Source of the DNA: a bacterium
Lineage (GTDB): Bacteria > Krumholzibacteriota > Krumholzibacteriia > G020349025
Direction of reading: 5' to 3'
Assembly: GCA_031362565.1 (NCBI GenBank)
Contig: JANLSU010000067.1
Coordinates: 44,742 to 108,741, forward strand
Length of the DNA: 64,000 nt
A program made the position numbers and the translations under genes. The notes under the pieces are model-generated. The model made no database searches and was not told the origin of the DNA. It worked only from the letters and a program-made list of their open reading frames with translations. Shown in pieces: positions 56,845-64,000 of the stretch (positions within the stretch are counted from its first letter, which is position 1; each line of letters starts with the position of its first letter).

Positions 56845-57636
56845 ATGAACAAGAAGCCCTTTGTGCTGATCGCACTGCTGCTGTTCGCTGTCGTCCTCGG
56901 AGCCACGACGGCGCGTGTGGCGCTGTCGCAGCCCGCCAAACCGCTGACCGAGGAGACTGCGCAACCGCCACAGCCGGCGGATGTAGCAGCATCTGCGGCC
57001 ACCGCCCATCCGGCCGCGCCGAGCGGCGGCGTGTCCGAATGGTTCAGCCGCGGCGGCACGTTCATGTGGCCGATCCTGCTCTGCGCGATCGTCGCGGCGA
57101 TCTTCACCCTCGAGCGTTCGATCACCCTCATCCGGGCGCGCACGAATACGCGCGGCCTCATGACCGATGTGCTGAATGCGGTGCGGCGCGACGGAGTCGA
57201 CGGTGGTGAGCGGGTCTGCGAGCAGACCAAGGGCCCGATTGCCTCCATCATTCACTCCGGCCTCCGCCAAGCGAAGCGCGGTCCCGAGGCGGTCGAAAAG
57301 GCCATCGAGGCGGCCGGCGCCGTCGAAATGTCGTTCCTGGAACGCGGCCTGATCTGGCTCGCGACCATGTCGACCGTGGCGCCGCTCCTGGGTTTCCTGG
57401 GCACGGTCTCGGGGTTGATGCACGCGTTCGACGCTATCGCGGCGGCCGACCAAGTCAGCGCCAAGCTGGTGGCCGGTGGCATCTCCGAAGCGCTCATCGC
57501 CACCCAGGCGGGGCTCATCGTGGCGATTCCCGCCAGCATCGCTCACAACCTGTTCCTCTCCATGATCGACCGCTTCGTGGTCGAGATGGAGGAGAGTTCG
57601 AGCGAGTTGGTGAGCGCGGTCGCCGAAGCGCGCTGA
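56845..57636 (+). CDS. MotA/TolQ/ExbB proton-channel family protein
   Basis: GGTFMWPILLC, LATMSTVAPLLGFLGTVSG, VAGGISEALIATQAGLIVAIPA; N-terminal signal-like extension. Confidence 0.93.
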   Translation: MNKKPFVLIALLLFAVVLGATTARVALSQPAKPLTEETAQPPQPADVAASAATAHPAAPSGGVSEWFSRGGTFMWPILLCAIVAAIFTLERSITLIRARTNTRGLMTDVLNAVRRDGVDGGERVCEQTKGPIASIIHSGLRQAKRGPEAVEKAIEAAGAVEMSFLERGLIWLATMSTVAPLLGFLGTVSGLMHAFDAIAAADQVSAKLVAGGISEALIATQAGLIVAIPASIAHNLFLSMIDRFVVEMEESSSELVSAVAEAR

Positions 57637-57980
57637 CCTGGCGTTTTCTGCTGTCGATCTACTTTCGGCTTTGCCGGGCCGCCGCGCGCGCGTGAGGCGT
57701 GCAGGCCCCCTTGCCGGTGCCCCGGAGGCCCGGTAGGCTCCTGCCAAGCAGTCCGGGGACAACGGCTCGCGACTCTTGGGCTCACAAGAGCGGCGCGGCC
57801 GGGCGTCCCAGTGTGTCAACCGAGCCTCTGCCCCTCGGCGTCGCGATCCGACTCGATGCAACCCGGACGGCGCACGTGCGTATTAGGCTGCGAAGCTGTT
57901 GCCGTGCCCTCTGGGGAAGAATGTGGCCCGGTCGCAAGCCCGCCGTTTTTCATTCCCGTTCTTGGAGAGGTGATTCCTCG

Positions 57981-59336
57981 ATGACTCGGAGCCAGGTGCG
58001 CCGCCGTGCGTTCGGTGGGCCAATTGGGGCCGTGGGATTCGCTTTGGCGCTCGTCGCGGGAGCGTCGTGGGCGCAGGGCACTCCAGCCGTGCCGAAACAG
58101 CTCCGGCTCGAGGACGCCATCAAGCTTGCGCTCGAGGGCAGCACGCAAATCGGGACGCGAGAGGCGCAGCTGGACGCGGCGCGCAAGGCACGCCGGAACG
58201 CCTTTTTCGATCTGGGTCCCGATGTACGGGTCGGCGCCGACTACGGAAAGCAGACCCGCACGGATCTCGACGCTTCGGTCGACAGGCTCCAGAAGCAGAC
58301 CTCGAAGAGTGCGAGCGCTTCGACGTCAGTGCGGCTGTTCGATGGATTCGCGAATCTGGCGCGCTTGTCGGCAGCCGGCCACGAGGTGCGCGCCGACCAG
58401 CACTCGTTGGCGTACACGCGCAAGCAGGTGCAGGAGAGCGTCATCGCCGCGTACTACAATCTGCTGCGCTCGAAGTTGCTCTTGAAAGTGGCGGAAGAAG
58501 CGGAATCGGTGGCGCGCGAACAGTTGGAACGCACCCAAGCGTTGTACGAACTCGGGTCCGCCGCCCGCAGCGACGTGCTGAAGTCACAGGTCCAGCACGG
58601 AAACACGCGGCTCGATCTGGTGCGCGCCCGCAACAACGAACGGCAGAGCCACGTCGACCTCGAATACTCCATGAATTTGACGACGTCCGCGGACTTCGAC
58701 ATCGATACCACTGTGACGATGGGCACGGCGCCGGTGGCGCTCGATTTCGCAGTCGAACGTGACTTCGCGCTCGGGCATCGCGAAAATCTTTTCTCGGCGC
58801 GGGAAAACGAGCGGGCGGCAAAGCGCCGCACCCAGGCAGCGCGTGGTGCGTTGCTGCCGACGCTCGATTTTCAATACAGCATGGACCGATCGAACTTCGA
58901 AGCCACGTCCCAGTTTCAGTTCGGCGGTAGCCGGCAGCGCCGGCGCAGCTGGGGTTTCTCCGCCGGTTGGAACCTCTGGGATCGTTACCAGACCTACGCC
59001 AGCATCGGGCAAGCGCGGGCGACGGCCCGGCAGGCGGAGTTCTCACGCCGGCAGGCGGAACTGGACGCGTCGCGCGAAGTCCGGCAGCTTGTCAACTCGA
59101 TCGACGAATCACAGGAGCGCCTCGGGGTAGCGCGCGAAAACGTCGCGCGGTCGCGCGAGGACTTGCGCCTGGCGCAGGAGAAATTCCGCGTCGGCGCCGG
59201 CACGATCCTCGACACGATTACCGCCGAATCGGACCTGACGTCGACGCGCGCCAACGAAGTACAGGCCATGGTCGACTACTTGATCGCTCGCGCCAATTTG
59301 TCGCGCGCCACCGGCCGCGACTTCACCGGTCTGTGA
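57981..59336 (+). CDS. TolC-family outer-membrane efflux protein
   Basis: LRLEDAIKLAL, RLFDGF, AYYNLL, YELGSAARSDVL, KFRVGAGTILD; GGAGAGG RBS. Confidence 0.92.
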   Translation: MTRSQVRRRAFGGPIGAVGFALALVAGASWAQGTPAVPKQLRLEDAIKLALEGSTQIGTREAQLDAARKARRNAFFDLGPDVRVGADYGKQTRTDLDASVDRLQKQTSKSASASTSVRLFDGFANLARLSAAGHEVRADQHSLAYTRKQVQESVIAAYYNLLRSKLLLKVAEEAESVAREQLERTQALYELGSAARSDVLKSQVQHGNTRLDLVRARNNERQSHVDLEYSMNLTTSADFDIDTTVTMGTAPVALDFAVERDFALGHRENLFSARENERAAKRRTQAARGALLPTLDFQYSMDRSNFEATSQFQFGGSRQRRRSWGFSAGWNLWDRYQTYASIGQARATARQAEFSRRQAELDASREVRQLVNSIDESQERLGVARENVARSREDLRLAQEKFRVGAGTILDTITAESDLTSTRANEVQAMVDYLIARANLSRATGRDFTGL

Positions 59337-59364
59337 TCTCAAGGCTTCAGGACGGAGACCACGC

Positions 59365-60678
59365 ATGAAGAAGAAAATCCTGATCGGTGCGGCGGCGGTC
59401 GTCGTCGTGGCCGCACTGGTCGGCATCAGCGTCAAACGCGCCGGTGGTGACAAGGGGATTCCAGTCACCCTTGGCAGCGCCAAGTCCGGATCGATCATCG
59501 GCAAGGTGAGCGGCCCGGGAGCCATCAACCCCGAGGCGATCGTCGACATCAGCGCCCACTTGCCGGGGAAGATCACCAATCTCGCCGTCAAGGAAGGCGA
59601 TCCGGTCACCAAGGGCCAGCTGCTCTTGGAACTGGACCGCACCCAGTACGATGCACGTGCGTCGGAAGCCCGCGCCACCGTCGAGGCGCAGAAGTCGCAG
59701 GTTGAACTGGCGCGGGCGCAATTCGAAAAATCGCAGCTCGACCTCAAGCGCGCGCAGGACCTGCATACCAAGGGTGTTTCGTCCGATCAAGATCTGGATC
59801 TGGCGCGCACCCAAGGCCGGGTCGAGGAAGCGCGGCTGCACGCCGCGGAGCAGATGTACGAGCAGACGGTCGCCAGCGCCCGCGCGGCCGAGGACGACTT
59901 GGCGAAATGCCGCTACACGTCTCCCATGGACGGGATCGTCTCGCGTCTCAACGTCCGTGAAGGCGAGATCGCCGTCACCGGTACCATGAACAATCCCGGT
60001 ACCGTGCTTTTGTCCATCGCCGATCTGGCGCGCATGGAAGTGCAGGCGGAGATCGACGAGACCGATGTCGTGGACGTCAAGCTGACGCAGAAGGTGAAGG
60101 TCAAGGTGGACGCCATGCCCGACACGAGCTTCGTGGCGGCCGTCACCGAGATCGCCAACACCGCCATCACGCGTAACAAGGGGACCCAAGAGGAAGTCAC
60201 CAACTTCACCGTCAAAGCGGTGCTGGTGGAGCGTGTCGCGCAGTTGCGGCCGGGTATGAGCGCCACGGTCGAGATCGAAACCGCCCAACGCGACAACGTC
60301 GTCAAAGTGCCGATCCAGGCCGTCGTGTCGCGCAGCGCCGACAAGGAAAAGAAGGCCTTCGAGCGCAACACGTCCAAAGGCAAACCCAAGGCCAAGGGCG
60401 ATGTCGCGCAGGCGGCGGTGGCCGAGGACGAGGACGAAGACGACACCAAGGACAAGCGCGTCGACGGTGTGTATATGCTGAAGGACGGGCGCGCCGTGTT
60501 CACGCCGCTGAAGACCGGAATCGGCGACGATCGTTTCATCGAGGTGCAGACCGGGCTCGGCGCCGGGGACCGCGTCATTACCGGCCCCTACCAGACGCTG
60601 CGCACCATGGAGAGCGGCAAGAAGGTTCTCGAGAAGAAGGACCTGAAGGATGCCGGCGCCAAGAAGGACAACGCTTGA
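59365..60678 (+). CDS. Efflux periplasmic adaptor (MacA/HlyD-type)
   Basis: N-terminal [40 protein letters not shown]. Confidence 0.93.
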   Translation: MKKKILIGAAAVVVVAALVGISVKRAGGDKGIPVTLGSAKSGSIIGKVSGPGAINPEAIVDISAHLPGKITNLAVKEGDPVTKGQLLLELDRTQYDARASEARATVEAQKSQVELARAQFEKSQLDLKRAQDLHTKGVSSDQDLDLARTQGRVEEARLHAAEQMYEQTVASARAAEDDLAKCRYTSPMDGIVSRLNVREGEIAVTGTMNNPGTVLLSIADLARMEVQAEIDETDVVDVKLTQKVKVKVDAMPDTSFVAAVTEIANTAITRNKGTQEEVTNFTVKAVLVERVAQLRPGMSATVEIETAQRDNVVKVPIQAVVSRSADKEKKAFERNTSKGKPKAKGDVAQAAVAEDEDEDDTKDKRVDGVYMLKDGRAVFTPLKTGIGDDRFIEVQTGLGAGDRVITGPYQTLRTMESGKKVLEKKDLKDAGAKKDNA

Positions 60679-61388
60679 TGCTCATCGAGATCCGTGACCT
60701 CGTAAAGGACTACCAGCTCGGTGAACAGGCGGTGCGCGCCCTGCACGGCGTCAGCCTCGACATCGAACGCAACGAGTACGTCGCGATCATGGGGCCGAGC
60801 GGTTCCGGGAAGTCGACGCTCATGAACCTGATCGGCTGCCTCGATACGCCGTCCTCGGGCTCCTATATTCTGAACGGCCAGGACGTCGGGAAGTTGAGCG
60901 ACGACGAACTCGCGACGATCCGCAATCGCGAGATCGGCTTCGTCTTTCAGACGTTCAACCTGCTGCCGCGCGCCTCGGCGCTGCAGAACGTCGAACTGCC
61001 GCTCATCTACGCCGGAATGGCGCCGGCGAAGCGCCGCGAGCGCGTACAGCAGGCCATCGACGCCGTCGGGCTCGCCGACCGCGCGCACCACCGCCCGAAC
61101 GAACTGTCGGGCGGCCAGCGCCAACGCGTCGCGATCGCGCGGGCGCTGGTCAATCACCCGTCCATCATTCTGGCCGACGAGCCGACCGGCAACCTCGACA
61201 GCAAGACGGGCGAGGAGATCATGAACGTCTTCGAGAAACTGCACGAGTCCGGCAACACGATCATCATGGTCACCCACGAACCGGATATCGCCCGGCACTG
61301 CAAGCGCGTCATGCGCCTCCTCGACGGACGCCTCGAGTTCGATCTGCCGACGGCGGAAGCGTTCACGCGCATGGAGCGCACGGTCTAA
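60678..61388 (+). CDS. ABC transporter ATP-binding protein (MacB/LolD-type)
   Basis: [47 protein letters not shown]. Confidence 0.95.
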   Translation: MLIEIRDLVKDYQLGEQAVRALHGVSLDIERNEYVAIMGPSGSGKSTLMNLIGCLDTPSSGSYILNGQDVGKLSDDELATIRNREIGFVFQTFNLLPRASALQNVELPLIYAGMAPAKRRERVQQAIDAVGLADRAHHRPNELSGGQRQRVAIARALVNHPSIILADEPTGNLDSKTGEEIMNVFEKLHESGNTIIMVTHEPDIARHCKRVMRLLDGRLEFDLPTAEAFTRMERTV

Positions 61389-61435
61389 AGGCGCAATCGG
61401 CTGCGGCGTGCTGGTGCCGCGGCGCGGAGAGTGGC

Positions 61436-62653
61436 ATGCAACTGAGCGAATCCCTCAAAGTGGCGCAAGGCACGATTCGTGCCCACAAGATGCGCGCCGG
61501 GCTGACCGCTCTCGGCGTGATCATCGGCGTCGCTTCGGTGATCGGCCTGTTGGCGATCACCACCGGCATTCGCGACAGCGTCGCGAAGCAGTTCAGCTCG
61601 CTCGGCGCCGAGATGATCTCGGTCAACCGCTGGGAATGGGGCGCGAACAACGACAACGAGGATTTCGAGAAGCGTAAACCCCTCACCTTGGTCGAATTCG
61701 AGACGGTGCGCGATCTGCCGATGGTGGACATCTGCGCGCCGACGGTGTACACAGCCCGCGACATCCATTTCCGCAATGTCGACCTCGGGTCGATCACGGT
61801 GTGCGGCACCAACGAAGTCTATCCGGCGATCGAGAATTGGACGGTGCAGGACGGCCGCTTCTTGAGCGGCGACGACGTGCGCGCGACGCGCTCGGTCGTC
61901 GTCCTGGGCGCCGACGTCGCCAACAACCTGTTTCCCGGCGGCGGCGGACTCGAACAGACGATTCGTATCGGCTCCTACGAATACACGGTGATCGGAATCT
62001 TGGGTAAGAAGGGCAGCATCTTCGGCGACTCGCAGGACAACCTTGTCAACGTGCCCTACACGGCTTTCGGCAAGCATTGGGGCATCAGCGACAAGCGCGA
62101 TGTCAATATCTCGGCGGTGGCCCGCAAGCCGCACACGATGCAGGAAGCCATGGATCAGATCCGGATGGCGCTGCGCCGGGTGCGCCGCGTGCCACAGGAC
62201 AAGCCGGACGATTTCGCGCTCAACACCTCCGACGCGCTGATCGCGCAGTTCAACGGCATCACGCAGGGGTTTTTCGCGGTGATCGTCATGGTCGGCGGCA
62301 TGTCGCTCCTGGTGGGCGGCATCGGCATCATGAACATCATGCTGGTCTCGGTGACCGAGCGCACCCGCGAGATCGGCATCCGCAAGGCGATCGGCGCCAA
62401 GAGCACGGATATCGTCCACCAATTCCTGATCGAGGCCATCATCCTGTGTGCGCTGGGTGGGATCGCGGGCGTCTTGCTCGGCTGCGGGATCGGCGTCGCC
62501 GTTGGACACCTGACGCCGTTGCCGACGCACGTCAGCTTGTGGAGCGTCGCACTCGGCTTCGGGGTGTCGACCGCCGTCGGCATCGTTTTCGGGCTCTGGC
62601 CCGCGGTGCGTGCGTCACAGCTCGACCCGGTCGTCGCGCTGCGTTACGAATAG
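61436..62653 (+). CDS. MacB/FtsX-type ABC permease
   Basis: LTALGVIIGVASVI, VGGIGIMNIMLVSVTERTREIGIRKAIGA, LDPVVALRYE. Confidence 0.94.
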   Translation: MQLSESLKVAQGTIRAHKMRAGLTALGVIIGVASVIGLLAITTGIRDSVAKQFSSLGAEMISVNRWEWGANNDNEDFEKRKPLTLVEFETVRDLPMVDICAPTVYTARDIHFRNVDLGSITVCGTNEVYPAIENWTVQDGRFLSGDDVRATRSVVVLGADVANNLFPGGGGLEQTIRIGSYEYTVIGILGKKGSIFGDSQDNLVNVPYTAFGKHWGISDKRDVNISAVARKPHTMQEAMDQIRMALRRVRRVPQDKPDDFALNTSDALIAQFNGITQGFFAVIVMVGGMSLLVGGIGIMNIMLVSVTERTREIGIRKAIGAKSTDIVHQFLIEAIILCALGGIAGVLLGCGIGVAVGHLTPLPTHVSLWSVALGFGVSTAVGIVFGLWPAVRASQLDPVVALRYE

Positions 62654-62663
62654 GAGGCCCGCC

Positions 62664-63881
62664 GTGTGGAGCCACATGCTGATCGCGCTCGACGCGGTGC
62701 GCGCCAACAAGCTGCGCTCGGCTCTCACCGCGCTCGGCATCTTCATCGGGGTGTTCACGGTCATCGTCATGATCGGGCTCATCGCCGGCGTCAATCACAG
62801 CGTCGAGGGTGTCATCAACGAAGAGCTGGGCACCGACACGTTTTGGATCGGCAAGGTCTTCGAGCCCAATCACAACCGCGAAGAGCGGCGCAAGCTGTGG
62901 CGGGAACGCAAGGACATCGACCCGCGGGACGTGGATGCGCTCAACGAGTGTGATCTCGTGAAGACCGCGGCGCCCTACCTGGGGCTCTATAAACCGATGT
63001 ATCGCGGCGACGAGAAGACGAAGCGGGTCGAGATCATCGGCACCACCCAGACCTACCTCGACGCGATTCACCTCGACGTCGCCGAAGGCCGCGGTTGGAC
63101 GGATTTGGAGGCCGAGCGCGGCCGCCAGGTCGTGGTCATCGGCCGGACGATCGCGCGGCGCCTGTTCCCGGAGGGCGACTACCTGGGCAAGGAGGTGCGC
63201 ATCGAAGCGCAGCCATTCCGTGTCATCGGCGTGCTGAATGAGCGCGGCAAGAAGCTCGGCAACGATCTCGATGCCAAGGCCCTCATCCCGTCCCAGGCGG
63301 CGCTCAAACTGTTCGGGCACGGGCTCGACTCGTGGATCATCGTGCAAGCCGCATCGCCGCGCGTCATCCAGGAAGCGCAGGACCAGGTCATTCAAGTGAT
63401 GCGTTTGCAGCGCGGCGTGCCGGCCAGCAAGGAAAACGACTTCGACGTCGTTCTCCCCGACAAGTTCACGGAGATGTTCAAGAAGACGACCGCCGCCACC
63501 GCCGCCGGCCTGACGGGCATCGCATTCATTGCATTGCTCGTCGGTGGCATCGGCATCATGAACATCATGCTGGTGTCGGTGACCGAACGCACCAAGGAGA
63601 TCGGGGTGCGCAAGGCGATCGGCGCCAAGCGTCACGAGATCCTGCGGCAATTCTTGGTCGAGTCGGTGGTGCTCACCAGTCTCGGCGGAATCGTCGCGCT
63701 CATCGTCTCGTCGGGCGTCGTCTGGCTGATCGCCAAAGTCACGCCGGTGCCCGCCCTGGTGCCGCCTTGGGCACCGTTCGCGGGCCTTGGCCTCTGCTGC
63801 GTCGTCGGCATCGGTTTCGGCGTCGTCCCCGCCGTCAAAGCGGCCCGGCTGGATCCGATTGAGTGCATCCGCTACGAGTAG
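62664..63881 (+). CDS. MacB/FtsX-type ABC permease (second paralogue)
   Basis: NKLRSALTALGIFIG, VGGIGIMNIMLVSVTERTKEIG, LDPIECIRYE; AGGAGG RBS before GTG 62664. Confidence 0.94.
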   Translation: MWSHMLIALDAVRANKLRSALTALGIFIGVFTVIVMIGLIAGVNHSVEGVINEELGTDTFWIGKVFEPNHNREERRKLWRERKDIDPRDVDALNECDLVKTAAPYLGLYKPMYRGDEKTKRVEIIGTTQTYLDAIHLDVAEGRGWTDLEAERGRQVVVIGRTIARRLFPEGDYLGKEVRIEAQPFRVIGVLNERGKKLGNDLDAKALIPSQAALKLFGHGLDSWIIVQAASPRVIQEAQDQVIQVMRLQRGVPASKENDFDVVLPDKFTEMFKKTTAATAAGLTGIAFIALLVGGIGIMNIMLVSVTERTKEIGVRKAIGAKRHEILRQFLVESVVLTSLGGIVALIVSSGVVWLIAKVTPVPALVPPWAPFAGLGLCCVVGIGFGVVPAVKAARLDPIECIRYE

Positions 63882-64000
63882 TCGCTTGAGGTAATGCGGG
63901 GGCGCGGGGCTTGCGGGCGCCGGATGCTGGTGGGCTCGCGGTCGTTCGCCGACCTCCTGTCGGCTCTCTCCCTCGCTCGTCGCCTCTCGGCCCTCCAGGC

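Noticed and set aside
57637..57980. Hidden exbD/tolR gene
   Set aside because: No frame with the single TM and conserved Asp (e.g. 'P..DV.F.LL.FF') motif.
62280..63640. Near-identical DNA stretch in the two permeases (GGCATCGGCATCATGAACATCATGCTGGT...)
   Set aside because: Encodes the conserved MacB motif GIGIMNIMLVSVTER in paralogues; not a repeat element.
1..64000. CRISPR arrays, IS/transposases, integrases, prophage genes
   Set aside because: No regularly spaced repeats or mobile-element proteins recognised by eye; short or degenerate elements could have been missed.

Overview
High-GC bacterial chromosome segment. Most of it is housekeeping: the 3' end of tsf, pyrH and frr; a complete complex I operon (nuoA, B, fused CD, E-N); a split B12-dependent methylmalonyl-CoA mutase; dut; asnS; uvrA; gcvT-H-PA-PB with a lipoate/octanoate ligase; a peptide/nickel-type ABC importer; and a TolC-MacA-ATPase-2x-permease exporter. 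Several envelope genes are interspersed: a polysaccharide deacetylase, a UbiA prenyltransferase, a DUF4388 + TPR/Zn-finger pair, an HTTM protein and two GT-C-type glycosyltransferases. The PorV/UPF0164, GWxTD and FlgD-type C-terminal-domain proteins suggest an FCB-related, non-Bacteroidota lineage such as Krumholzibacteriota/Latescibacterota/Eisenbacteria (inference only). The most interesting locus is 47.8-57.6 kb. It is a self-contained operon of a large TonB-dependent-receptor-like barrel, a Cys-rich, Ca-motif-bearing secreted protein ending in a T9SS-CTD-like domain, and a PorV-like barrel, followed by a GWxTD protein and an ExbB/TolQ with no ExbD partner. Other observations: six apparently leaderless genes, a Rex-like operator variant before nuoA, a rod-like structured intergenic element after frr, a miniaturised ResB-like protein, an M61-peptidase-like protein with no catalytic motif, and an unannotated 41-aa small protein. 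I saw no rRNA, tRNA, CRISPR array or mobile element. All family calls come from motif recognition by eye, not database searches.
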